Shown: in pieces, positions 15,864-26,700 of the stretch
Layout of the letters: each line of letters opens with the position of its first letter
How positions within the stretch are numbered: the stretch's first letter is position 1
Source: a virus
DNA length: 64,000 nucleotides
IMG/VR virus record: IMGVR_UViG_3300048834_000246
Span: 3,969-67,968 of that record
Reading direction: 5' to 3' (one strand)
Translations under genes and position numbers: made by a program
Notes under the pieces: generated by a model
What the model was told of the DNA's origin: nothing
Databases searched by the model: none
What the model saw: only the letters and a program-made list of their open reading frames with translations

Positions 15864-17309
15864 ATGGCAGATTATAAACCTCTTGTACACAGTTCGTTAG
15901 GGTTCGGTCTTCCGCAGTCAACAGCGGTAGGAGCCGGAAACCCTCGGATGATGGAAAAAATGGCTATCGCTCGGCAGTCTTACATGGGAGACTTCAAACC
16001 GTCCTTAAAGACAAGGGTTGGCGGTCCTGACGATAATGTAATGATTAATAAGTGTAAAACCGTGGTAGACAAGTCAGTAAGTTACTTGTTTGGTAAGCAT
16101 GTTACATTTGTTACTGATAAAGAAGCAACCCGGTCGCCGCATGAAAAGATTCTTGATGCGATTTGGGCGCGGAATAATCAGGGGGCAACGCTTCAAAAGA
16201 TTGGTACGAACGGAGCTATCTACGGACAGGCGTTTGTAAAACTTCATATCGAAGCGGACTCTATTCGTATTATGGTTCTCGACCCCACAACGGTAACGGT
16301 TTTTACATCCCACTATGACTACACAGAAGTAAACGAATATGTCATTCAGTGGACCGTAACAACGGATGTGTACTCCCAGGCATATCGCCACTATCGACAA
16401 CGAATTACACGCATCCCTTCGATGATGTGGACTGACGAAGTAGGAGAAGTTCAGGAAACCCCGCAAAAGTGGATCGTTGAAGATTCGTTTGCGGATTCGA
16501 TGGGGCATGGTCAACCTATTAAGGGAGACTGGACTGCGACTCAAACAGAGATTTGGGACTTTTCGTTCCCACCAATTCTAGAAGTTCAAAATTTGCCAAC
16601 TCCGAATGAGTATTGGGGGTTGTCTGATATTGAACCGGACGTCATTCACCTGAACGAAACACTTAACCGTGTGTCGTCTAACACGAATAAGATTATTCGA
16701 AATCATGCCCACCCGAAGACAATTGTGTGGGGTTTGACAGATGAACAAGCAAAACGAGTCACCGTTGATTCTGACTCAATGCTCTTTATTCCGGGAAGTA
16801 AAGAAGACGTTGATCTAAAGAACCTGGAAATGAACTCTGACCTTGCTAGTTCTTTGAACTATTTCAAGTCCATTAACGAAGCGTTTTATGAAGTATCACG
16901 GACTCCTGAAATCGCATCTGGTAAAGCTCAGGAAGTTTCCTACCTCTCGGCTATGGCGATGCAAATTCTCTATGGTCCTATGATTGAAAAAACAAACTCC
17001 AAGCAAATGACATATGGACCGTTTCTTTCTGAGCTAAACCGACGCATCCTTATTATTATGGGCGTGCAAACTCCCGACCCTGTTGAAGTTATTTGGCCTG
17101 TGACTTTCCCGAGAGACGCACAAACCGAAGTAATGACCGGGATGAACAAACTGCAAGTTGGGTTCTCTTCTGACACGGTTATCTCGGAACTCGGCGGAAA
17201 CCCTGATTACGAACGTGAACGACGAAAAGACGATCCCGGAACATTGCCAAGTCAACCGGCAGAAGCGACACAAGAAGCGCGAACCCCGGAGATTGGAAAA
17301 ACTAACTAA
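15864..17309 (+). CDS. portal protein (SPP1-like)
   Basis: Follows the terminase; 481 aa; VD....YLFG, YG.A and G.SDIE motifs. Confidence 0.85.
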   Translation: MADYKPLVHSSLGFGLPQSTAVGAGNPRMMEKMAIARQSYMGDFKPSLKTRVGGPDDNVMINKCKTVVDKSVSYLFGKHVTFVTDKEATRSPHEKILDAIWARNNQGATLQKIGTNGAIYGQAFVKLHIEADSIRIMVLDPTTVTVFTSHYDYTEVNEYVIQWTVTTDVYSQAYRHYRQRITRIPSMMWTDEVGEVQETPQKWIVEDSFADSMGHGQPIKGDWTATQTEIWDFSFPPILEVQNLPTPNEYWGLSDIEPDVIHLNETLNRVSSNTNKIIRNHAHPKTIVWGLTDEQAKRVTVDSDSMLFIPGSKEDVDLKNLEMNSDLASSLNYFKSINEAFYEVSRTPEIASGKAQEVSYLSAMAMQILYGPMIEKTNSKQMTYGPFLSELNRRILIIMGVQTPDPVEVIWPVTFPRDAQTEVMTGMNKLQVGFSSDTVISELGGNPDYERERRKDDPGTLPSQPAEATQEARTPEIGKTN

Positions 17310-17569
17310 TGGCAACCGAGACAGTACCGATAAGCGCGGCTGAACGACTAGCTGGAATGGAGCGTTTGGTTCAAGAATTACGCGGAAATATTACAAGCTT
17401 AGATTCGATGGTTGTATCTCTTAGAAATATTATTTCTGGTTTGATTGAAAGCCAAGACTTACTTATTCAAGCTACCAGAAGTGATATGCCCCCGATGAAG
17501 GCACAATACGCGAAGCGGTATAAAGAAAGATTGGAGAATATCAACAATGACCTAACTAATTTAAGGTAA
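17309..17569 (+). CDS. coiled-coil hypothetical protein
   Basis: TAATG overlap with the portal gene. Confidence 0.65.
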   Translation: MATETVPISAAERLAGMERLVQELRGNITSLDSMVVSLRNIISGLIESQDLLIQATRSDMPPMKAQYAKRYKERLENINNDLTNLR

Positions 17570-17575
17570 TTTTGG

Positions 17576-17604
17576 TTGACAGTGAACTTTTAGCATGTTA
17601 TAAT
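17576..17604 (+). promoter_or_regulatory. sigma70 promoter for scaffold/capsid
   Basis: Perfect TTGACA-17 bp-TATAAT. Confidence 0.85.
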
Positions 17605-17624
17605 AGGCATATCCTGAATAACGT

Positions 17625-18374
17625 ATGCCTAAGGAGAATATTTTAGGTATGACAACAGGTGGTAACACTCTTCCCGGTCAGGAACCGGGTATCACTCCAC
17701 AGCCGTCTCCCGGTGAGACACCTGTGACGACCACTACGGCACCAACATCCACACCTCCAACTGAAACGCCTCCCCCATCTTCACCGCCAGCAAGCACGTT
17801 GCCGAATCAGATTCCTGATTTGAACGACGATAGCGCGTGGACAGGTATGCCGAAGTGGGTACGAGATTTACGGTCAGAAGCCGCTGCACGACGGGTAGAA
17901 GCCAATTCTCTCAAAGAAAAGGTTGATACATATGAGCGTGAGAAGCTTACGGAAGTAGAAAAGTTACAGGCGGATATTAGGAAGTTTAACGACGAACTTC
18001 TTCCTGAAAAGGAAAAAACAATTCGACAGTTGCAGGTTCAGGTAGCCGCAGCACAAAGTGGAGTTGTTGATCCTGATGCGGTTGTTCAATTGCTGGACTG
18101 GTCAAAAGTAGACAGTGGTATGTCGATTAATGACGCCATTAATGATTTGCTCGAAAGTAAGCCTTATTTGAGAGCGACGGCACCGACCTCCACCCCACCT
18201 ACACCTACCACCCCGACTACCCCTCCTTCGACTACGGCACCAGGCGCTCCCGGCACTCCTACGACACAACCACAGTCATTTACTCGACAACAAATTGAGA
18301 GTATGTCTGAGGGAGAATACGAGGCGAATAGGGAAGCTATTTTTGCAGCACTCAACTCTGGAAGATTGAAATAA
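17625..18374 (+). CDS. capsid scaffolding protein
   Basis: P/T-rich linkers, LRSEAAARR coiled coil, KPYL; precedes the capsid gene (may start at ATG 17649). Confidence 0.8.
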   Translation: MPKENILGMTTGGNTLPGQEPGITPQPSPGETPVTTTTAPTSTPPTETPPPSSPPASTLPNQIPDLNDDSAWTGMPKWVRDLRSEAAARRVEANSLKEKVDTYEREKLTEVEKLQADIRKFNDELLPEKEKTIRQLQVQVAAAQSGVVDPDAVVQLLDWSKVDSGMSINDAINDLLESKPYLRATAPTSTPPTPTTPTTPPSTTAPGAPGTPTTQPQSFTRQQIESMSEGEYEANREAIFAALNSGRLK

Positions 18375-18431
18375 TAGTTTGTGTGGCGGGTGACTTACCC
18401 GCCATACCCCCACTGGAATAGGAGATTCCAT

Positions 18432-19307
18432 ATGTCCCTTAATAGCTTTATCCCTACAATTTGGAGCAACGAACTTCTTGTTTCGCTAAAGAAAGCTCTT
18501 ATTGCCGGTCAACCTAACGTAGCTAACCGTAACTACGAAGGTACGCTTCGAGCGTATGGCGACACCGTAAAAATCAACGCAATCGGTCCTGTTACCATTG
18601 GTAACTACACCAAGAACACACAGATTTCTGATCCAGAAGTTCTTGACGATGCGCAAACGACTCTTACCATCACTGAACAAAAGTATTTCAACTTCTTCAT
18701 TGATGACATTGATCGGGCGCAACAATTCCCGAAAACGATTATGGCACAAGCCATGCAGGAAGCGGCCTATGGGCTTGCAAACGTGGCCGATCAGTTCCTA
18801 CTCGGTCTTCTTGCGGCGAATTCTGTGGCCGGTAATACAATCGGTACGACAGCCTCTCCGAAAACGGTTGCAGCCTCTACAGATGTGTACGACTATCTAG
18901 TTGACCTTAAAGTTATGCTAGATATTGCTAACGTTCCTACAATGGGTCGTTGGGCGATTGTTCCGCCGTGGGTTATCGGTGAAATGCTGAAAGACGCTCG
19001 GTTTAACTCTAGCCTTGAATCGGTAGGTCCAAACGTGCTTCTTAACGGAGCCGTGGGTCGTGCAGCCGGATTCGACATTCTTACCAGCAACAATCTTACC
19101 AAAGAAGGAACCGGAGCGGTTGGGGAATACTACCACATTCACACAGGTACTTCTATGGCCCTTTCGTTCGCTGAACAAATCAGTGAAGTGGAAGCGTACC
19201 GCCCGGAAAAGCAGTTCGCTAACGCTGTGAAGGGTCTACACGTTTACGGTGGAAAAGTGGTTCGCCCAGAAGCTCTCGCTAACCTGATTGTAGATCGACC
19301 GGCCTAG
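18432..19307 (+). CDS. major capsid protein (P22-coat-like)
   Basis: FIPTIWS, YEG...GDTVKI, E.YRPEKQFA.AVKGLHVYG; AGGAG RBS before ATG 18432. Confidence 0.9.
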   Translation: MSLNSFIPTIWSNELLVSLKKALIAGQPNVANRNYEGTLRAYGDTVKINAIGPVTIGNYTKNTQISDPEVLDDAQTTLTITEQKYFNFFIDDIDRAQQFPKTIMAQAMQEAAYGLANVADQFLLGLLAANSVAGNTIGTTASPKTVAASTDVYDYLVDLKVMLDIANVPTMGRWAIVPPWVIGEMLKDARFNSSLESVGPNVLLNGAVGRAAGFDILTSNNLTKEGTGAVGEYYHIHTGTSMALSFAEQISEVEAYRPEKQFANAVKGLHVYGGKVVRPEALANLIVDRPA

Positions 19308-19380
19308 TAACTGAGGGGGGGGGGGGGGGTAATACCCCCTCAACTTATCTTATCGTAATTAGTATTTAGGAGAAAACCTT

Positions 19381-19752
19381 ATGGCTCGTGTAGTTCTTCC
19401 TGTAACATCCCTTCCGGCGGACACAGCGGTTAACATTGCGTCAGCGTTCACGACAGGTGATGCGACCAATGACCATTATATTGCAGCGGGACCGGCTGCT
19501 GGAAGCCTGATTCTTCTTGTTCGAAATAGTAACGGTGCAGAACAAACCCTAACTATTCTTGCCGGTGACGGTGGAGATACTGGTCCTGCGTGTCGAGCTA
19601 TTCTTGGTGATCTAGCAATTCCGGTTGCTGCAACGTCTGGACAACAAGCTATTCACATTACTGACACAGCGCGGTTTATGCAATCTGATGGAACCATCCA
19701 CGTTGACGTAACACACGCTAATCTTATTACGGCTGTTCTCGGTCTTAGCTAA
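19381..19752 (+). CDS. putative capsid decoration protein
   Basis: Directly after the capsid gene, small and beta-rich. Confidence 0.6.
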   Translation: MARVVLPVTSLPADTAVNIASAFTTGDATNDHYIAAGPAAGSLILLVRNSNGAEQTLTILAGDGGDTGPACRAILGDLAIPVAATSGQQAIHITDTARFMQSDGTIHVDVTHANLITAVLGLS

Positions 19753-19763
19753 GAGAGAATTGA

Positions 19764-20312
19764 ATGGCAGTTCGTACAACTCTTAATTATCTGATCGCTA
19801 AGGTCAGAGCGAATCTAGGAGACAACCTGGGGGCGACGGAAACGTTTGCGGACGAAGAAATTCAGGAAGCACTCGACCACCGCCGAGAGGATGTGTACGA
19901 ACTTCCACTTCTCTCCGCACCGGATGACCGGAACTTCTACTCAGATCGTGGCGGTTGGTGGGAGGACACTGTGGTTCTCACCACTACCAACGATGCAATT
20001 ATTACCAGTGTATCTACCCCGGCTGTGGTCGTGTCAAACCTTGTAAAAGGTCATTGGAGGGTCAACGGAGATTTAACCGAACTCTATTTGACCGGTTCTC
20101 AGTTTGACACGAACGCGGCGACGGCTGATCTTCTAGATGCGTGGTTATCCAAAGTAAAACTTGAATACGACTTTCTTGAACTCGGAAGTACGTTTAAGGC
20201 GTCTCAACAAACCTTTGCGGTTGAAATGGCTATTCGTAAATTCCGTGCTAGACAGTGGGTTCAATCCGCGTATACCGTGAACCGGGATTACGCAGTAGGA
20301 TGGTACTCATAA
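19764..20312 (+). CDS. head-tail adaptor (putative)
   Basis: VR..LGD....F.DEEI..AL motif; gene position. Confidence 0.7.
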   Translation: MAVRTTLNYLIAKVRANLGDNLGATETFADEEIQEALDHRREDVYELPLLSAPDDRNFYSDRGGWWEDTVVLTTTNDAIITSVSTPAVVVSNLVKGHWRVNGDLTELYLTGSQFDTNAATADLLDAWLSKVKLEYDFLELGSTFKASQQTFAVEMAIRKFRARQWVQSAYTVNRDYAVGWYS

Positions 20313-20575
20313 TGACAGAAGTTAGATTTCGCAGATGGTCGGACGGAGTAGAACTCGCGGTTCGATCATTTGAAGCATATAAAGAATTTTATGGCGATGG
20401 TCGTTATTACATTGTCTCGGGCGAACACGCAACCCATACACCAGAAGGTTTCCCGCTTAAAAAAAGACAAGTAAAAAAACCGGCTAAGGTGAAAAAGGAA
20501 CGCAATGAGAACATCCCGGTTGAGTCCGTACCAGATACGAAGAATGACGAAAGCTCAGGAAACGAATCTTCCTGA
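20312..20575 (+). CDS. hypothetical protein
   Basis: ATG 20312 overlaps the previous stop. Confidence 0.55.
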   Translation: MTEVRFRRWSDGVELAVRSFEAYKEFYGDGRYYIVSGEHATHTPEGFPLKKRQVKKPAKVKKERNENIPVESVPDTKNDESSGNESS

Positions 20576-20903
20576 TCGTGCGGTTGTTAAACGGCCCACG
20601 TATGAAGCCAACGAATTTGGCGGAACGGAAGGCACGTATGTCACTATCTACAACAATATACCTATCTATTCTGAGTCTCGTATTCTTCGTGAAATTAAAG
20701 AAGATGTTGCAGGTTCCATTGTACAGTCCGGTGTGCGTTGGGTGTGTCACGTAAAGCGACAATACAACGACATTCGACTAGACGACCGGGTAGAAATTAC
20801 TGAACGGACGACTGGAAAAGTATACAACTTAGACGTAACAAGTCTTCTCTCCCCACAATCGTACTCCACTGTGTTCGGATTCCAATGTATCTTGGTCGAT
20901 TAA
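20505..20903 (+). CDS. head closure/stopper (putative)
   Basis: Position; N..GG and IRLDDRV motifs. Confidence 0.65.
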   Translation: MRTSRLSPYQIRRMTKAQETNLPDRAVVKRPTYEANEFGGTEGTYVTIYNNIPIYSESRILREIKEDVAGSIVQSGVRWVCHVKRQYNDIRLDDRVEITERTTGKVYNLDVTSLLSPQSYSTVFGFQCILVD

Positions 20904-20904
20904 A

Positions 20905-21279
20905 ATGCGTGTGCAACTAGTTGTAAAGAAAAACAAAATCCCCCATCTTCTCGCAAATATTGATAACGCGGCGAAGGATACAGTAAAGAAGTATACAAAT
21001 GTTCTTCGTGAAGAGGCTAAGGAACAGCAACGACCACACATTGATACCGGGGCGTTGAACGCTTCGGGAACGATTATGCTGAACGGTATGTCTGCCTTGC
21101 TCGTATTCTCTGGGGGAGCGCCTGGATGGTATGACGGACTCCCCCGCGTGTACGCATCGTATCACGAATACGGGACACGCGTTACCGGAGAATACCCGTT
21201 TATGCGCCCCGCAATTGCAGAAACATTCCCCGAACAGGTATATCCTATTGCAATAAAAGAAATTATGAGTTATACTTAG
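20905..21279 (+). CDS. HK97 gp10-like tail completion protein
   Basis: P.IDTGAL..S, YASYHEYGT, PFMRPA. Confidence 0.85.
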   Translation: MRVQLVVKKNKIPHLLANIDNAAKDTVKKYTNVLREEAKEQQRPHIDTGALNASGTIMLNGMSALLVFSGGAPGWYDGLPRVYASYHEYGTRVTGEYPFMRPAIAETFPEQVYPIAIKEIMSYT

Positions 21280-21291
21280 GTAAGTAAAAAT

Positions 21292-21735
21292 ATGGCATAT
21301 GATGTAATTTCCGAGGCAGAAGTTTGGTTACGTGAAACGCTTCGAAACGACGCGGACGTTGTAAGCATCTTTGGCGACAGAATTTATGCTTACCCAGGTC
21401 CGCGATACAACGAAACCAGTGATCGCACCGAATACCCAATCCTTACCTATGAATTTCAATATCCTAAGCCCGATCTTCATGTTGTAGGGGCTGTTCGTTT
21501 TTGGTCAACAATTCGTTTTATTGTTCGTGGGACAACCCGAGGAAACGATCAGCGAGAAGTAGCTGAGGGAGCGCGATATATTTACAATGCGCTACAAGGA
21601 AAGTTTGGGTATACAGATGGGGCTGTAATCTCTGCTTGTATTGAAGACCGACCATATAAAGAAGTAGAGCTTCTTAATTCGACCCAATATATTCATCTAG
21701 GTGGTGAATACGAGATTAATATTAATACGATCTAA
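21292..21735 (+). CDS. tail terminator (putative)
   Basis: Position before the tail tube; GDRIY...P...YP motif. Confidence 0.7.
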   Translation: MAYDVISEAEVWLRETLRNDADVVSIFGDRIYAYPGPRYNETSDRTEYPILTYEFQYPKPDLHVVGAVRFWSTIRFIVRGTTRGNDQREVAEGARYIYNALQGKFGYTDGAVISACIEDRPYKEVELLNSTQYIHLGGEYEININTI

Positions 21736-21746
21736 GGAGTTACAGT

Positions 21747-23060
21747 ATGTCTGTACCAAATATTGAACGTTCAGAAGTATTTGAAGTTTCCCAATGGGGT
21801 GTAGAGTCTACGTCTGCTCCCGGTACGGCAGTTCCCGCTCTTAATCGTTTGGAAGCCGTAGGCGTAAAACTTAGCCCGACTATTGAATCTGACCGGTATC
21901 GCCCATTTGGAAATAAGTACGATACGCTTATGATTCCGGGTAAAGATTGGACGGCGGCGGAAATTTCAGGTCGTCTTGATTACAACAATGTTATTTATCC
22001 GCTTTCATCTGTTGTTGCATCACCAACTATTTCCACAGTAGGAACAAACGGACGACGGCACGCCTTTACCTCTAATAGCACACTTCCGGATACACAGCAA
22101 CCATTTACGATTGAGTCTGGTTCGTTTGTTCGGGCACAACGGGCGACCGGTGTGGTTCTGAGCGACTTTGGACTTGCGTTCCGGCGTGGTTCTATTGAAG
22201 TTTCTGGTTCTGGTATTGGACGTCGGTTTACCGATGGAACATATATGACCGGTGACGCTGTGTACTCGGTAACGATTGATCCAACGGTATCCGGGGGAAC
22301 ATTCACGTTAACATATAGCGCACAAACAACAGCCGCAATCGACTTTGATGCAACTGCGACGGAAGTACAAGCAGCACTTGTAGCCCTTAGCAACATCGGA
22401 CCAGGCGACATTCGTGTAACTGGTGGTCCCGGCAACGTTGATCCGTTCATTGTAACCTTCACAGGTTCTCTCGGAGAAGGTCCACAAACGCTTACCGGAA
22501 CCTTTACAGGTCTTACAGCAGCCCCAGGTACGAGTGCCGTTGCTTCTGTACAAACAGGTGTGGCTTTAAGCGTAAAAGAAGCGCTTCCAGTTATTCCAGG
22601 AAACGTAAACATTTACGCAGACGACACCTTTGCGGGAATTGGGACGACAAAGCTTACCCGCGTATTTGAAGCAGACTTCAATATCGCTTCTCGTATCAAC
22701 CCGATGTGGGTTCTCGATAGCACACAAACATCGTTTGCCGCGACGGTAGAAAACGCTCCGGACGTGACAATGCGTCTAAAGGTAGCAGCCAACGGTCAAG
22801 GAATGGCTTTCTTAGAAACCCTTCGAGCAAGTGAAACGGTTTATCTGCGAATCGAAGTAGAAGGACCGGCTATGCCAGCGCCAGATGCCGCAGAAAATTA
22901 TCTGTTTGTTCTAGATATGGCTGGAAAGATTGAATCACCGGATTCCTTTGATGCAACGGACGGAGCTATGTCAGTAGACTGGACATTCCGAGCCGTAGAC
23001 GATGCAGACTTTGGTGGAGCGTTCAGTATCGCTGTACAAAACCTTGTAACTGCGCTATAA
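21747..23060 (+). CDS. major tail tube protein with an inserted extra domain
   Basis: 437 aa; insert GGTFTLTY...TTAAIDFDATATEVQAALVAL. Confidence 0.8.
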   Translation: MSVPNIERSEVFEVSQWGVESTSAPGTAVPALNRLEAVGVKLSPTIESDRYRPFGNKYDTLMIPGKDWTAAEISGRLDYNNVIYPLSSVVASPTISTVGTNGRRHAFTSNSTLPDTQQPFTIESGSFVRAQRATGVVLSDFGLAFRRGSIEVSGSGIGRRFTDGTYMTGDAVYSVTIDPTVSGGTFTLTYSAQTTAAIDFDATATEVQAALVALSNIGPGDIRVTGGPGNVDPFIVTFTGSLGEGPQTLTGTFTGLTAAPGTSAVASVQTGVALSVKEALPVIPGNVNIYADDTFAGIGTTKLTRVFEADFNIASRINPMWVLDSTQTSFAATVENAPDVTMRLKVAANGQGMAFLETLRASETVYLRIEVEGPAMPAPDAAENYLFVLDMAGKIESPDSFDATDGAMSVDWTFRAVDDADFGGAFSIAVQNLVTAL

Positions 23061-23107
23061 TAGAGATATAAGTTAGGGTACATTGGGTGCCCTAACATTT
23101 ATATATT

Positions 23108-23545
23108 GTGTCTACGGACAAGGAGTTTGCAAAACGAATGGCAGTACGACTTTCTGAACTTACGAAGCAGCGTGCGGAAGTGTTTATCGCAACCCCCCTC
23201 GGTGAAGTACGTGTAGTGTATCGTCCTAACGAACGGACAATCGCGGATGAAGCGCGAATGTCTGATGCCGTAGGCGTCGAAGCATACCGAGAAATGTTGT
23301 CTTCAATGGAAAAGATGATTGTTGAGTGGGATTTTGTTGGCCCTGTGTATGACAACGTTTCAGGCGAAATGATTGTTCCAGAAGACGCACAGGTTCCGGC
23401 GCAAAAAGAAATTCTTCAACATATTTCCACGCACATTCTTCAAAGCGTGTTCACCGGAATTATGGATGATATGCGCCCAAACTCCAAGAAGGGTTCTTCG
23501 TCCAAGAACTCGCAGAGTCTCTTCGCTTCGGGTTCAATGAGCTAA
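23108..23545 (+). CDS. tail assembly chaperone (G)
   Basis: Lies between the tail tube and tape measure genes. Confidence 0.8.
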   Translation: MSTDKEFAKRMAVRLSELTKQRAEVFIATPLGEVRVVYRPNERTIADEARMSDAVGVEAYREMLSSMEKMIVEWDFVGPVYDNVSGEMIVPEDAQVPAQKEILQHISTHILQSVFTGIMDDMRPNSKKGSSSKNSQSLFASGSMS

Positions 23546-23718
23546 AGCGAGAACAGTACGAACCATATTTTGTAATACGACGAGCTAAGTATCTTGGCAT
23601 TTCTCCGGTTGAATATATGAACCTTCCTATTTTTTGGAAGGATTGGGCGGCAATCGGAGAAGCCGCAGAGAATCTAGCTGAAAAAGACGCCCACGCAGAA
23701 TCAACCAGGAAAAAATAA
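23476..23718 (+). CDS. tail assembly chaperone GT extension via -1 frameshift at CCCAAAC
   Basis: Slippery C CCA AAC at 23476-23482; the -1 frame is open to TAA 23718 (KLQEGFFVQELAE...RRAKYLGISP...). Confidence 0.8.
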   Translation, partial: PKLQEGFFVQELAESLRFGFNELKREQYEPYFVIRRAKYLGISPVEYMNLPIFWKDWAAIGEAAENLAEKDAHAESTRKK

Positions 23719-23744
23719 TTTACTGCTAATAGATTGGTAACTAT

Positions 23745-26700
23745 ATGGCTACTAGAGTTGCGGAGCTTGAAGTTCTTATTACGGCTAACGCAAGTCAAGC
23801 CAAATCAGAACTGAATGAAGTATCCAGAAGCTTTCACAATATTATCGCCGGAGGCGCTCTACTAGGAGCCGGAAGAGGTATTGTAGGCTGGTTCAAAGAC
23901 GCAATTACATCAGGGGCGGCTTTCGAGCAAACGATGATCCGGGTGGATCAGCTTGCTACGGGAGCCGCTGTTGGCGTTGATGCGCTAACCAAGAAAGCGT
24001 TCCAAGTTGACCAAATGACCATCTATTCTGCACAACAAATTGCCGAAGCGATGGAGCAACTTGCGCGTGAAGGTTTCACCGGCGAACAAATTTTGGGAGA
24101 TTGGACCGACGCGGCGGTTAACTTCGCAGCAGTTATTAATGAAGATGTAGTTTCTTCTGCGAATATTATGGGACAAGTAGCGCGTGTGTTCAAAGAAGAG
24201 GGGTTAGAAGCTGCGGAAGTAGCAGATATTCTTTCCCAAGCTATTCTTCGTTCGGGTCGTTCGGCGGCTGAATTTATGACCGGGTTCCAATACGTCGGGG
24301 CTATCGCATCCGAGCTTGGAATTCCGCTAGAAGAAATGGCTACGTCTCTATCCTATCTCCAATCTATCGGTATTAAAGGTCGGTCTGCTGGTACTGGTCT
24401 TCGTTCTATGTTCTTGGAACTTGCCGCAGGTTCCGATGCGTTCGGAATGAGTCACGGGGTACAAGCGTTTGACCCTGTGACAGGCGACTTCGTAGGTATG
24501 CCGAAAATTATTGACCAATTTGGTCAGTTACTTGATGGTATGTCTAAAGCCGAAGGTCTGCAATTTATTGGGGATATTTTCGGTAAGCCAGCCGCTTCCC
24601 CTTTGTACGCTTTATTTACTGGTGGTATCGAAGCTTACGAAGCGCACAACGAAAAAATGCGTGATCTTGGGTCAGCCGCAACATTCATGGAAAAACTCAT
24701 GGATACGATTGCCGGTTCTCTTGACCGTTTCCAAGCAGCGTCGTCAAACTTTGCGCGTGCGATGGGTGTTATCGCTGGTAATATTCTAAAACCGTTCATC
24801 GATATTATGACAATTCTTCTCGGTGTGATGACAGATGCACCACGGATTGTCCAAATTGCGGCTATCGCAATCACCGGTCTAGCCGGGGCTATGATGATTC
24901 TCTCCGGGGCTATTATGGTCTTTAAAGGACTCGGTGGAATGGCTATTCTCTTTAGTGCTTTCAAGATTATGGGCGTTGTGGCGTTAGCGTCTTCGTTTGG
25001 TCTTCTCGCTCTCATTGGTGCAGTAATCCTCTTCCGAGACAAACTAGGTGGTTGGGGAGAATCAATTAAAGAAGCCTTCGGCCCGTTTATGAATATTCTT
25101 GAATACCTAAGTTCAATTAATCAAGCTAATAACCCTGTGCAAAAGTTCCTCGGAGCTATGGACGACGGCCCCTTAAAGACCTTCGCAATCGGGGCTGGTC
25201 GTGTAGTAGAAGCGTTGGCCGATCTTTGGTACTTCATTAGTCAAGGAGATTGGGACCGATTTTGGCGGCGTCTTCCAGGTGAACTTCGACAAGCAGCCGG
25301 TGGCTTCGATATTATGTTCGACGCTATTGGTGATGTTGATTGGTCTGAAAAGATTCTATCTGCGATCCAATGGACCGGAGAAAATATTGTCTTCCCGATG
25401 ATTGTTGCTACGTTTGAAGTAGGAATGGCTCTTGCGGGTGATCTTGCGAAGTGGGCAGGGAATCTGTGGGGTTGGGTGCAGAGTAAAATATTCGGAGAAG
25501 ATGACGGGGTAGGCGGGGCAGCCCTTGATGCGTTGACAGGTAGAAGAGGAAGAGGGTCTTCCGATACAGAATATAAACTACCGTTTGGAACAGTAAGTAT
25601 TGAAGCGGGAATTCAGCTTACTGGAACAATTCTTGCCGCAGCGGGAAATCTTTGGGGTTGGGTAAAAGCCAATCTTCAAACCGGGGGCACAACATCGTAT
25701 TCTCCAACAGGAATTTATGCTGATGGAGGGACTGGTGAACAAATAATGAGCGGGTCGAAAGACAACACGCTTTTCATCGGAACTGTGTTTATTGATGGTG
25801 TAGTAAGTGCCGCTGAATCTTTACTCACTGGTTTGGAATCTTTTGTTCCTGGTTTAATTACCAAAGTTACCTCCTTTTTTACACTTGATAGCGAAACTGG
25901 AGAAGCATCAATCACGCTCGGTTCCATAAAAATTAATCTTATTCCTGAGCTTGCCGAAGGTGTTGATGATGATTTGTTTGAAACTCTTTCAAGCGTGTTT
26001 CAGGTTACTCCGGAAATGGCAATTGAGATTGAAAACTTCGGTGAAGAACTCGGTACACTGTTAGGAACGGTTCTTGGTTCTGTGCTTGGCGCAGACTTCC
26101 TTAACGAAAATAACGTTGAATTAACCGGCCCGAGTGATGAAGAGTGGGCAAATGCCTTTTCAGCCTTTGCAGATGGTTTTGCTAGAGGCTTTAGAATGGC
26201 GATTAAGAATACACTTGAAGAAGATTTATTAACGTTTCTTAATGAAGACCTCTTAGGGTTCTGGAACGAAATCTTAGGGTTGTTCCAAAAAATCCCGATC
26301 GTCGGGGGTGCCTTTGAAGACAGAGAACTTATGGCGTGGATGGACGAAAACGGAAATGTTATGATCGGGTTTATGGAAGACTACGAACTCTTCCTTCAAG
26401 AACAAGCGGATGGAAACCCACCAGAAGTTATGTTACCACCACCTCTCTTTCTTATGCCTGGAGATATGGGTAATCTTGACGATAGATCATCTAACGCATG
26501 GAACACCATGTTCAATCAAGGTAAATATGGTGGGCCTAGTGATGATAGTGACTATGTGTTCCACTCTCCCGGCGAAGGATATGCTATTCCACAAGCCCCT
26601 TCGTACACACCCCCGCCGATCACAGCTGAGGAACAAGTTATCCCCGCAAGACTAGAGCTTGATACGACAGACGCTTTGGCAAAACTTGCATCGCTTATCG

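Noticed and set aside
18381-18431. N-terminal extension of the capsid ORF
   Set aside because: This stretch is a hairpin (TGGCGGGT/ACCCGCCA) plus an RBS; ATG 18432 is the better start
19315-19339. G15 tract as a G-quadruplex or phase-variation site
   Set aside because: It lies in a terminator-like hairpin after the capsid gene, paired with only five C; the length may be a sequencing artefact
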